From Octopus sinensis (lineage: Eukaryota), in contig NC_043005.1 of the NCBI RefSeq assembly GCF_006345805.1, positions 33,790,001 through 33,854,000 of the forward strand: a DNA stretch of 64,000 nucleotides, read 5' to 3'. The position numbers and the translations under genes are program-made. This document shows positions 37,663 to 49,867 of the stretch, one piece after another. Numbering within the stretch: position 1 is the first letter of the stretch; the number at the start of each line of letters is the position of its first letter. Below the pieces are notes generated by a model. The model saw only the letters and a list, made by a program, of their open reading frames with translations, was not told the origin of the DNA and did no database searches.

Positions 37663-37780
37663 GGCGAGCTGGCAGAATCGTTAGCAAGCCGGGTGAAATG
37701 CTAAGCGGCGTCACTTCGAAATCAGACTCTACTATGCCTTTCATCCTTCCGGGGTCGATAAAATAAAGTACGAGTTGAAC
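37663..37780 (+). mobile_element. SINE-B 5' part fused to the Dong-C copy
   Basis: ggcgagctggcagaatcgttagc head; ends in Dong-C sequence at about 37780. Confidence 0.7.
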
Positions 37781-39292
37781 ACTACCTTTTTCATCGACCA
37801 CAACTGCTCAACCTCCCAAGCTAACCTGTCATAGCTATCGACTTTTCTTTCTTCCTTATCGCATACCTCGATGTCAGCTGGGCATGCTATATCTATGACC
37901 CAGCATCGTTTACTTTCTTTCTCAATTAACACTGTATCTGATTTCCTATTCTCTATCTCATGGTGGTACTGAATCATAAATTCCCATAAGATCTTTGCAT
38001 TATCATTTTCGTGGATGCCTTCGGGTTTCTGTTCGTGCCACCTTTTTGCTTTGTCAAATCCATACTTGTGGCAAAGTGTCCAATGGACAATCCTTGCTAT
38101 ATTATTATAACATCTCATATTCTTTCTGGGCTAGTGGCGTATATTGACTGGTAATATGCCATACGGTTTCTCCATTTTGTCCACAAATCCTGCACTTATC
38201 ACTTTCTGATGTATTTGATGTAATTCGTTCTTAGTGCTTGCTCTCGGGCAGCACAGATTAGAGCCTCCGTTTTCGGTTTTAAATCACTTTTAGTCATCCA
38301 TAGTCGTCTTTTTCCCTGTCTGTCTTATCTTCAACATCCCTATGAAATTGTCCATGCATTTTTTTATGCACCTATTTTCAGTTTCATTCATTCTCAATTG
38401 CTTGTACAGTGCTTTATCATTGCAATCTTCCATTCTACACAAGCTTGGCTTTCTTACTTCCAATAATAGTGGTTCTGTGGCATTTTTTTACATACCATGC
38501 TATGTTGTTTTCTTCTGTTATAATGCAGTGTTTGCATCCAATCAGGCCTCTTTTCTTTGGTACATACAGTCTGTCTGTGTCACTTTTTGGGTGGAATATC
38601 CCATATCTAGTCAGCTACTTTCTTGTCTTTCTGTCTAGGCTGTTTAGTTCATCTACTGTCATGCGATTACCTCTGCTCCATATCTAAGGAGTGAAACCGC
38701 CCAGGTGTTGGTAGCTTCAATCTTATTCTGTCCATTTAATTTCGACTTAAGAATCAGTCTTGGTCTGCAAAGTACTGCACCTTAAATTTTTCTGTCATTT
38801 CTTTCTCAGTCAATTTATCCATTTCCAATATCCCCAAGTACTTATAGCCTGTCTCTTCTATCTGCTTCATAACCTCCCCCGACGGTATCGCTAGCCTGTC
38901 CATACAGTTGATTTTACCTCTTTTCAAGACTAATACATCACAATTCTTCAGTCCGAAATCAGTTCTGATGTCAGCACTGAAAGTATACACTGTATTAACG
39001 AGGGAACTGACTTGGGATTCATCTTTACCATAAAGTTTGAGGTCATCCATGAATGGCTTTTGAATACATGCCCAGCTTTTGCTTTCCTCAGAATCAGTGT
39101 TAGTGGCATCAAGCACTGTACAAAGATCAGTGGGGATAGGCAGTCCCCTTGGAAGATGCCTCTCTTGATTTCTATTGTCCCTAAACTTCTTCCATATGCT
39201 GTCAGTTCCGTCATCCACTTCGCCATACTTTTTCCAAGCAATCGCTCAACATTCGGTGCAATACCAAATAGGTTCACACGTTCCATAATCAT
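37780..39292 (-). mobile_element. R4/Dong subfamily C copy, truncated at both ends
   Basis: Reverse complement of about 24590-26126; ORFs 38754-39218 and 38948-39292 mirror 24665-25129 and 24606-24935. Confidence 0.92.
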
Positions 39293-39659
39293 TTGCGCCA
39301 GCCGTTAAACTGCCAGTACGTTGCTGTCCGTCAATAAGAAGTTTTGAATGCCAGCCATGGTGAGTCTACTATCCTGAGATTCTATCCCTTCAAACTTTGG
39401 TTTCCAATATTTTTTTTATTTTTATTCAGCTCGCAAGTTCGTCTGTCCATATAATATGTTAGTGTTTCGGTGTCCGCCTTGAAGCAGACCTTTCCGTTGT
39501 CACTGCCTGATATTTATGATTCATCTTTCAAAATATTTTCTTCTCAACTTACTCAAGATCTTTTGTTTTTTATAAATAGGAGATAGATAGATAGAGAAAG
39601 AAACAAAGAGGGAGAATGTGGCGATAAGAAACAGAAAGGAAGCAAAAGAAAGTAACAAC

Positions 39660-39843
<184 letters not shown>

Positions 39844-40129
39844 TGTATGTATGTATGTATGTATGTATGTATGTATGTATGTATGTGTATGTTTGTGTGT
39901 CTGTGTTAGTCACCCCACCATCGCTTGAAAACCGATGCTGGTGTGTTTACATTCCCGCAACTTCGCGGTTCGGCACAAGACACTGATAGAATAAGTATTA
40001 GGCTGTCAAAGAATAAGTCTTGGGGACGATTTTGTTCGACTAATGGCGGTGCTCCATCATGGTCGCAGTAAAAAACAAAACAAAAGAACATATGTATATT
40101 TCTCTCATCATATATAAATACTCACACTT

Positions 40130-40335
40130 GATGTTGTTTTTGTATTGTTCCCTTCATCCTTTGCCCTGATGGCAAATAAAAGAAATCATTATTATTATTA
40201 TCCGCTGAGTTCGACTTTACCTTTCATCCTTTCGGGGTCAGTAAAATAGGTACCAGTTGAGCACTGGTGTTGATGTTATCGACTTACTCCCCGCTCCCCA
40301 GAATTGCTGGCCTTGTGCCAAAATTTGAAACCATT
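40130..40335 (+). mobile_element. Tx1 3' end, (ATT)n, then 5'-truncated SINE-B
   Basis: tgtattgttcccttcatcctttgccctgatggcaaataaaagaaatc(att)n matches 190-240; followed by gagttcgactttacctttcatcctttcgggg. Confidence 0.75.
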
Positions 40336-40422
40336 ATTATTTACAGTTTTATATTTAAGAGATGAGGAATTTTGTACATTATTTACATTTGACGGATATT
40401 TGTCCTCATCTTGTTTGTTGTT

Positions 40423-40468
40423 AACACAACGTTTCGGCTGATATACCCACCAGCCTTCATCAGGTGTC
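40423..40468 (-). ncRNA. Minimal type I hammerhead ribozyme
   Basis: GACAC-CUGAUGA-A-GGCUG(GUGGGUAUAU)CAGCC-GAAAC-GUU/GUGUU: stem I GACAC/GUGUU, 5-bp stem II, palindromic stem III (AACGUU), intact core. Confidence 0.8.
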
Positions 40469-40552
40469 TTGGTGAAATTTCTCATTCCTAAGGTATTTTT
40501 CGATGTTGTTGTTGTTATTGCTGCTGTTATTGTTGTTGTTGTTGTTGTTGTT

Positions 40553-40628
40553 CAGGCCATTGCCTGGAATCGAACTCGGAATCTTGGGGTTAGTAGTTCG
40601 CGCTCTTGACCACTACGCCATATGCCCG
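40553..40628 (-). promoter_or_regulatory. tRNA-like Pol III internal promoter inside the Penelope 3' region
   Basis: A box TGGCGTAGTGG (40620-40610) and B box GAGTTCGATTCC (40577-40566), 32 nt apart as in tRNA genes. Confidence 0.75.
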
Positions 40629-43244
40629 TAGTGAAATGTAGGGCTTATAAATTTAATATTTTCCTATCCTTCCTTAATACCGGTTCCCATTTGCTGTTCA
40701 TATCTGCACTCGGTCTGCTTAGGAGGTTCTTGTGGCTTAGCATATGTGCTGCTTCTTTTAATTTTCGTATTTTCCAGTGGTGTTCTCTGTCTATTATTTT
40801 AACTTCATCCCACAGGGGGAGGTGGTCTCCATTTTTCCATATATGATCAGCTATACCCGATTTATCAATATCTCCCCGTGTCAGCTTTGCAATGTTCCTC
40901 TACCCTTATTTTGAGGGGGCGGCTTGTTTCGCCTTTGTATAACCTACCACAGCTGCATAGGATGGAGTACACGCAGTTCTTGGTAATATTCTCTTCTATT
41001 AGTGGTTTTACTCAAAAGAGATATTTGCGAAGTGTTGTATTACTTTTGAATACTGCCCTGATATGGGCCGCATATGTTTTGTATCTTTTCGGAGAGGCCT
41101 TTCACATAGGGTAGACAGACTGTGGACAGTTTATCGGTTTCATCCTTTCTTTTCTTCATAATTGGAGTGGAGAGTATGCTTTTGGAGTAGTTATTGCTTA
41201 ATAAATTGTTACTGAGCTTGATCATTTCTTCGTGGTGGGTATCATGATCGCTGTTTTAGGCACTGAGCAATTCCTCTCTTTACACTGTATGGATGGTGGG
41301 AGTTGAAGTTGAGGTATCGTCCAGTGAAGTTCGGCTTGTAGTATACGGATGTCCTGAATCCATACTTGGTGCTTGTTATTGATACGTCCAGGAATCCTAG
41401 CTGATTGTCTTTTTTCTTTTTCCATTGTGAACTGTATGGATGGCTTTATTGAGTTCACATGATCTAACAGCACTTGGACATCTTCTTGGTGGTGCCAGCG
41501 TATGAAGGTCTCATCAACATATCGCAGCCATAGGGTTGGTTTTAGTGGTGTTGATCCTAAAGTCAAATTCTCAAAGTATTCCATGTATATATTGACTATT
41601 ATCGGTGATAATGGCGAACCCATAGCTAAACCCTCTTCATGTCGATATATATCAGAGTCCATACTGAAGTGGGTAGTTTCTACACAGAAAGTCAACATTT
41701 CCATCAAGTTTCTTATTGGTATACTAGTGCGTTCTTCTAGATGGGTGTCTGTCACTAGTTTTCGTGAATCACCGACAGTGCTTCACCAGTTGGGACTTTG
41801 GTGAACAGACTTATCACCCCTAGAATCACCATCTGGCTGGATTCACTGGGGGTATCCTTGATCAATTCTGTGAAGTGGGTGGAATTCTTCACGTACGATG
41901 TTGACTTTCTTGGTAATAGACTGATTATATCCACAAGGAAGCGGCTCAGTGGATGATAGTTTAGGAATCGAGAGAATAGAAAGTTTTTAGAACTTACATA
42001 AGAAATAATAACTATTTCCTAGGAATTAATCTTTGTGAAAATGTTTTGCAGTAGTCAATCATTTCAGTTTGAGCGACAAACAACTTTGGAAGCGGTTTTC
42101 CAATATATTCTTTGAAGAGTAGATATTAATTTCGAGCTGTTGTTTTTAGTGATATTCCTTCGTGTGTGTTGTAGAACAGACATCTATTCACAAATCGTCA
42201 CACCTTGACATCATCATCAGTTTAAAATGAATTCTCAAGAAATCACAGCTAGAGTTTTTCAAACACTTAAACGCTTGAAACTTCATGGCAGACCTCACTC
42301 AGTTAACCTGTTTATTTTGGTAAGGTGGAGGTTTATGCTCAGAGTTAACCTCAGAGTTGAAGCAAGCATGTAAAACTTTGCAATTAGGTGTGTTTATTTC
42401 GCTGTGTCAGCTTTAGGTCATGGTGTCTTATTTCAAGCATTTGGTTATCTGTTTTGGTTATCCCCTTTTCAAAATAAACAAGTTAAATCTTCTAAATAGT
42501 ATTCAAATAGCGGTTAAATCTAGTTATAATCTATTGACCAACTAACCTTTTCACTTACCTTACTATGTAAACCCTAAAATTCAACTCCTACTCTGAAGCT
42601 GATGCTTGATAACAAATTTTTACACACATAACTGAAATCTGAACAATGACACAACTCCAACTTTAAACAATAAAAAAAAACATTCTGTAATATCTTTCCA
42701 TCAGAATTTCTGCTACAACCTATTATCATTCAACATAACTCCACCTTATCAGAAAAACAAACTTAACAGAAACTATATAAAGCAAAGATAGAATCATGTG
42801 TACTACAGTCCGATGCAGACTAGCAGACTGTCATCATTCTTCTTGTAAAAGTATAATAAATATGTATCCTACAAATAGCATTGAGCAATCATTCAGCTTA
42901 ATGCGAAATTGGTTTTCAATGCAAACACATATTGATACATACGCCCATACATAACACACATGCGCGCACGCACACACGCGTGCGTACACATACACACACA
43001 AACACACACACACACACACACATATATAAACAGCTATCTGCGTATATAGACACATACGTACACGTATGTAATGAAGTATTACTTGAATTGAGAAGGAAAC
43101 TAAAAGAATACGCATACATATACGAATGCACAGTCTCATAATACCTGAAATAACACGCGCATATTTATGCATATGAATATATGTATATTCATACTTATAT
43201 GTATGTATGTATGTATGTATGATGTATGTATGTATGTATGTATG

Positions 43245-43315
<71 letters not shown>

Positions 43316-43485
43316 ATATATATTGGGTATGGTAGATGAGTTCAGCAAAAATTTAGATTCAGAGATGAATTATGGTACTTAAGTAGAGGCACCAGAATTT
43401 AGTGCGGTATTATCCATACAATTTCAAAGTAAGGTAATTAAAATCCAGAGGTAATGCATTACCTCTGGATATCCTTGCTGCTTAT

Positions 43486-43552
<67 letters not shown>

Positions 43553-43714
43553 CAAAAGAGGGACTGGTGTTTTCACGTAGGAAAAAATATACAGGAAAAT
43601 GTGTTGCTGAAAATGCACTTAAATTTCAAAAACTCGTAAATGTTTAAAATAAATGTATTTTAAACATTCACGAGTTTTGGAAATTTAAGTGCATTTTCAG
43701 CAACACATTTTCCT

Positions 43715-43732
43715 ATATATATAAACGGCAAA

Positions 43733-43772
<40 letters not shown>

Positions 43773-44248
43773 CCTTTATACAAATCCACAATTTTTCAGT
43801 TAGAGGGCTCGCACTTTCTATGGTCATTCAAAACCGTCCAAGGGTAGTCGTGCACATCTTTACATTTCCCCAGTCACCCCGCAAAGCCATTAAAAAAATC
43901 GATAAACCGACCCCTTATGTTTCAGGTAACAAAAGTCTTTAATACAAGGGACGTAACTCACCCCAGCAGTTTAATCTAAAGATATTAAACCAGAGTTTAA
44001 TCTAAAGATATTAAACCAGCAGTTTAATCTAAAGATATTAAACCATAGGGAAATAACTCTTTAAAACTCTGCATTTCCCTCCCTTTGTTATGTATCACAC
44101 CAAACGTGCAAGCTTTTTTGATTTGAGAAATGCAGGGAATAATTACCGAGTTAGACCAAGTGAATGACAAGAGAGAGAGGTATTTTCATGAAAGACCAAA
44201 TATGCTTGACTAGCACTAGACCCGACAAAGCCGGGTCATAGTGCTAGT
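43715..44248 (+). mobile_element. Non-autonomous Helitron-like element
   Basis: 5' tatataaacggcaaaa(tg)n; internal 3x ~25-bp repeat; 3' GC hairpin gacccg-acaaagc-cgggtc then ...CTAG-T, embedded in (TA)n. Confidence 0.6.
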
Positions 44249-44789
44249 ATATATATATATATATATATATAAAATATGAATTAGAGATGAAACCACTATT
44301 AGGCAACACAAACAGTGATATACATAAACCAATACAAAAATAACAAATAATATAAATATAAATATAATATAATTAATATAATATATAATATAATATATAT
44401 AAATATAAATAAATATATATATATATATATATTTCAAAAAAGTATAAAAAGAATGATAATTATAATATATTAAGTAAAAACACTACGTACGTTTCATGGC
44501 TATAATAAAATTCGAATTACAATTACGTTTAAATTCAATTAAAATAAATTCGAACTAAAATTATAGTCAATCTTCATATTATATATTATATTGATTATAT
44601 TATATTTATATTTATATTATTTGTTATTTTTGTATTGGTTTATGTATATCACTGTTTGAGTTGCCTAATAGTGGTTTCGTCTCTAATTCATATTTTATAT
44701 ATTTATACTGTGAAATTTCATTTAATACTAAATCTAATTTTTCCCTGTAAGTTTGGAGCTATACTCCCTATTATTATTATTATTATTAT

Positions 44790-45041
44790 TATTCAGTAGT
44801 TTTATTTTTATAGCGCGCTTTCACTTCACTACCGAGCGCAGCTCTGTGTGCCTTGGGTATGTGCTGTGATTTGTTGTGATGCTCTGATGGTTATTGTATG
44901 GAAAGTGTTCTGCGTAGGATGTGTGCAGTGCCTAGTAGTGCAATTTTCTGTATGTTATATGTGTTTGTAAGTCCTGGTGTTTTTGTTATGTATTTGTCTG
45001 AATATTTTTTTATCATGCCTAATGCACCTACTATGATAGGA

Positions 45042-45042
<1 letters not shown>
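44790..45042 (-). mobile_element. R4/Dong subfamily B 3' end, very young copy
   Basis: About 255 bp with three differences from 20282-20533 by eye; (TTA)n on both sides. Confidence 0.95.
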
Positions 45043-45086
<44 letters not shown>

Positions 45087-45102
45087 TATCTCTATATATA
45101 TA

Positions 45103-48100
45103 TGGTGACGCAACCAGACCGCCACTCATCGCATATAGGAACATACCACTGATGTCTTCTTCACCAGAAAATTTTGGCGCCAATTTCAAGCAGGAAACTG
45201 CAAATCCTTTTTCCCCGTGTTGTAGTCGAATTTACAACTTGGTCCTTTGCAGACACAGGGTCCTAGGGGAATATTCTTCTTGTTTGTAAAAAAAAAAAAG
45301 GAAATAAAATTTATCCGGAATTTTTCTCCAGAATTCATATGGATAACAAATTTCTCCTACGTGCCGGGTATGATTTTCTTTCTCTCAACCATCCGTATTA
45401 TCCACGTGTTGGCCATGTTTTGTTCTTTATCCGTTAGCAAGGATTTCTATTTTCATCGTCTGCTACTAAAAAAAATTCCTAGTTCGCTGCTCGTCATGTC
45501 TTCTTTCAACTAGGGCATTTTGACTGCTATTTCTAACGGCGTTTCTTCCAACCAGCTTGTTCTTCGTGGCGTTCCGTTTTCCCATTATCGTCCAAAATGG
45601 ATCATTTTCCTTTGCTTCAATATCATGGAGATGCTAAGATATGGTTTTCACAACTGCAATCGTTCTTTATTTCTTCTAATATTCATTCGGCCCAGAGAAA
45701 ACTACACATCACTCTTACAGGCATTCCTTCTCCTCTCGCAATTTCAGTGCGAGACATGATAGCAGAAACTCCATCGGACATGACGTACGAAACCGTCAAA
45801 GCTGAGGCTTTCCGTAGTAACTCTCCGGTTGAGAGTAAATTTCGCACACTCTTGCAGGATGAGCATCTCGGGGACCGAACCTCCACCCAGTTTTTGCGAC
45901 GAATCCGAAAGTTGTCCGATAGCTCATATGAGAGACAGGCATTTGCCAAATAGCTATTTTTCTAAAGGATGCCTTCTAATATCCAGTCGATTTTAGTTCC
46001 TATGTTGGAACATACGGCCCTTGAACAACTCACCGGCTCCGCAGACAGGATTGTGGAATTTTCTGGCGCACCATCATTCGCCGATAATGTTGTCGCTTCT
46101 TCGTCTTCCTCTCGAGATTGTGCTACTTCTGCTTCGGACGACAAACAATCATCCGAAATCTCACGGGCCATTGGAGAACTGATCCGTCGGGTTTCACGCA
46201 TGTGCAGGAACCGTTCGTCTTCAAGGGATCATTCTGCAGGGAGGACGAGGTACCGTTCCTTCTCGGTCGCACGCGCACTTCCTGCCCTATCAATTTGCTG
46301 GTACTACAGGTAATTCAAGGACCAGGCTGACACGTGTACACAGCCCTGCTCTTACTCTTCACAGGGAAACTAGACAGGGAGGCACTGGGCATGTCAGTGT
46401 CTCCCCCATCGATTCATCTTACCGTGCGTTTTTTATCAGAGATGCCAATTCTTCAAAGTCCTTTATGTTGGACACGGGTGCCAGCTTAAGTGTCTGGCCT
46501 CGAAGGTTTACGTCCACCAATCCTGGTCTTTCCAACATCTCTCTCTAGGTGGTGAATCACTCCGCCATCAAATCTCCCTTACCCTGGATTTATCCCTCCG
46601 TAGGGTTTTCCTGTGGCTCTTCGTTATTGCGGACCTGCCTTATCCCATTCTTGGTGCTGATTTCTTACACCACTTTCCACTCATTGTGGACGTTAGAGGA
46701 CGCCGACTCATTGCTGACACAACTTCACTCGCCGTCTCTGGAAATGATTCTTCTGTCCCTGATGTGAGCCCTTCTTTCTTCGTGGCTGCTTCGGGTAACT
46801 TCTACCAACAGTCATGAACAAGGAACCTCCAGGTTTTTCCCGACTGCGCCGTTTGTCTCCAGAGAAACTCCGGATCGCCCGGGCTGAATTCGAGCGCATG
46901 CTCCAGCTGGGTCTCATTTGTCCCTCCATGAGCCCGTGGGCAGCACCTTTACACATGGCCAGGAAGAATGATGCTGATTTTCGACCGGTTGGAGATTTTA
47001 GACGTCTTAACACTGTCACTGTCGCAGAACGCTATCTCCTTCCAAATGTGCAGGATTTTTCGTCTACCCTGAACTGCTGTAAGAATTTTTCTAAAATTGA
47101 CTTGGTACGCGCGTACCATCAAATCCCCGTCAACCCCGACGACATTCCAAAGACAGCTCTCACCACGCCTTTTGGAGCGTTTGAATTCTTGTCTATGCTG
47201 TTTGGACTTCGTAATGCGGTCAGCACGTTCCAAAGGTTCATTGATGAGGTTGTTCGTGGGTTAGATTTTGTCTTCGCGTACGTCGATGACCTTTTAATCG
47301 CCAGTAGTACTACATACCAGTACCTCCAAAACTTAACCCAGTTGTTCAAGTGCCTACGTTCCTATGATGTGACGATCAACCCGGCTAAGTGTGTATTTGG
47401 TTCTACCAGCTTGGAATTCTTGGAGCACCTCATTGACGCCGACGGTATTCGTCCGCTTCCCTCAAAAGTGGAAGCCATCAAATGCCTGTCTCCTCCTGTT
47501 TCCTTAAAATAACTAAGAAATTTTATTGGTTTAATCAATTATTATTGCCGTTTCATTCCTAACTGTGCAGAGAAATTGCTTTCCTTGACCCAGCTCTTGA
47601 AATATCAATCGAAAGAAAAGACTCCCAGATAACGTTGTCTACTACAGCCATCCAAGCTTTTGAATCCGTCGAAACTGACTTTGTTCAAGCATCCTTCCTC
47701 GCTCATCCTGTTGCGGATGCAAAATTATCACTTACTGTTGATGAGTCATCATCAGATATTGCCGGAGTTTCAGAGCAATCTTTCAACAGCCGAAGCTAAC
47801 CATTAGCCTTCTTCTCTCGCTAGTTGAAAATGCCGAATTGAGATACAGGCCCAGAGAAACAAGGCATTTGGACTACATATTACAGTTCACTAGTGACATT
47901 CGCCATATCGCTGGCACTGACAACATCCCCGCCTTATCTCGCCTGTGTATCGGTACATTGTCGTCCCCTGCTTCGATTGATTTGGTTGCTATGGCTACTG
48001 ACCAACCCTCCTTGGACTCTCTGGACGTCTCTTCTCGACAGTTTTCCTGCTGCAAGTTTGAACACCTGCCTTTTCACCTTACAGGACACGTTCTAGCAGA

Positions 48101-48729
48101 TCGGTTCTTTGGCCGAAGAAATTGTCTCAGACTATTTACACTTCTTAACTGTGCCTTGTCAGTGACTGTTCCGGAGAATAGACTTATGTTGTTATAGACA
48201 CAGCATTCTTATTTTCTTTCTTTCTGTATCATTGTACATATATGCTTTGTTCTATTTGATTGGACACCTTTCTTTACCGAACGTTTTCCTTGTACATACT
48301 TGCATTGTGTTTTTATTCAATTTCAATTGTTCATACATGGTTCGTTCTTCTGTGCCCTCCTAGTGCAGACTCTACCTACACTACTTTTAATCGACACTTT
48401 CCTGTGTAAGGGAGGACCTCCGTAGGTGCAGTTACCTTCCTTGACAGCGGGGTTAAACCAGTTGAACAATAGAGGGCGTTACGCAACATTAAGGTTTAGA
48501 GACTCATCTCTTCCTCTTGCTGCATTGGGGCACGAGACTGTGAAGACGTAACCTAACTAGCTCTCTCTCACACCACACGCCAGTAGCAGATAGGAGCTAA
48601 CGCACAGGCGACCATGGCCTCCACACACCAAACCATTTTCAGTTATCATCCAGATTGTGTATATACGTGTGACCTCATTAAAGGTATTTGATGTTCCTGT
48701 CAAATGATATTACAGCCTCCTGAGTCACA
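45103..48729 (+). mobile_element. Ty3/Gypsy LTR retrotransposon, degenerate (gag, protease, RT, RNase H; integrase missing)
   Basis: gag ...KIWFSQL...LGDRTSTQFLRR; protease LDTGAS; RT WAAPLH, DFRRLN, FSKIDLVRAYHQ, YVDDLLI; RNase H remnant RHLDYI; putative PBS tggtgacg at 45103; purine-rich tract and LTR-like 48421-48729 ending CA. Confidence 0.9.
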
Positions 48730-48808
48730 TTAGATGGAATACAACCATCCATCTAAATATGTACATATGTATGTACGTATATATGTATGTGTGTATAGGT
48801 GTGTGTGA

Positions 48809-48887
<79 letters not shown>

Positions 48888-49750
48888 TATGCAGACATAT
48901 ATTCACCTACATATATGCAGACATATATTACATATATATATATTTTCATATATGTATATGGAGATGTATATATTGCATGTAAACAAAAATTAGGTAAGAG
49001 AAATAACAGAGAATTAGAGAATAAGGACAAAGAATGGTATTCTAAGTATTAGTACTATACATGATAAAATCATGATTTATTGAAATTGTGTTTGCATCGA
49101 GAGAAAGGTAAACAAGTACCTAGCTGCAACTTTAACCCATTCTGAATGAGAAGAGGAAATAAACTCAGGCAATTCTCCAAAATTCACATGCCATTGTAAT
49201 AAAGATGGCCTGTTTTTCTGGAAACTAATAAATATGATACCTTTTATTTTTTAAGACTAAAAATTCAGTTTCAACAATTCCCTGTTGAATTATTTGAATA
49301 AAAATAAAACAAAACCAATGTGGAAACTTGCATGTAATTGTTCGATCTGGGAGAAATGGCAAACAAATTTTCCCTCAAATCAAACCTTACGATTTAAAAA
49401 AGGAAACACTTTAGATAACCATGTCCTAAATACTCTTTAAAAGATGGTGTCATTTTTGATGGTATATCTTTTATCATAGGTTGGCTCAGTCACCTTTCAT
49501 ATGAAAATAATGATCTGTAACAACAACGAAGTGTATGAAACAAGAAAACGAAAGAAAAACAAACTCCTGATCGGCTAAAGAACATTTTTTTATACAATTC
49601 AACAAAAGATTCTTGGGTTCTAATTAAATAAAGAGCTAATTTGTTATTTATAATTTTTTTAGAAATAAATCTGCAAAAATGAACATTTTCCATGAGAATG
49701 CTCGAGTAATACTCATTGCACAATTCTAATCAATTCTTAGTGGGTCGACG

Positions 49751-49867
49751 TCATCGAAAACAGAACCATCCAGTGCAACCGGTGTCCACTGATATCCTGA
49801 ATTTCATACAAAAGAATTCTGCTTTGTTTCCGTTGTCTATCATTCTTACTTGGGCTTCAAAATTTCC
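49751..49867 (-). CDS. GM2A: GM2-activator-like protein, last coding exon
   Basis: Acceptor tctttattacag; phase 0; GNFEAQVRMIDNGNKAEFFCMKFRISVDTGCTGWFCFR-stop (GNY/F...C motif of the ML-domain C-terminus); TGA at 49753-49751. Confidence 0.85.
   Translation of the reverse strand, partial: GNFEAQVRMIDNGNKAEFFCMKFRISVDTGCTGWFCFR

Larger units (their letters stand above)
40336..41960 (-). mobile_element. Penelope-like element (RT and GIY-YIG endonuclease), 5'-truncated and degenerate
   Basis: RT: SLFTKVP, GLAMGSPLSP, WLRYVDETF, IQFTMEKE, YKPNFTGRYLNFNSHHP. Endonuclease: CVYSILCSCGRLYKGETSRPLKIRVEEH. ORF ends near 40660. Confidence 0.92.

Noticed and set aside
40553-40628. Bona fide tRNA gene
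   Set aside because: A and B boxes are good but the anticodon and acceptor stems do not pair properly; the same applies to the SINE heads at 4824, 28282, 29190 and 58728.
40660-41960. Possible selenocysteine-encoding (Naiad-type) Penelope element
   Set aside because: Conserved Cys positions in the GIY-YIG region use TGC/TGT; stops are mixed types and accompany frameshifts, indicating decay.
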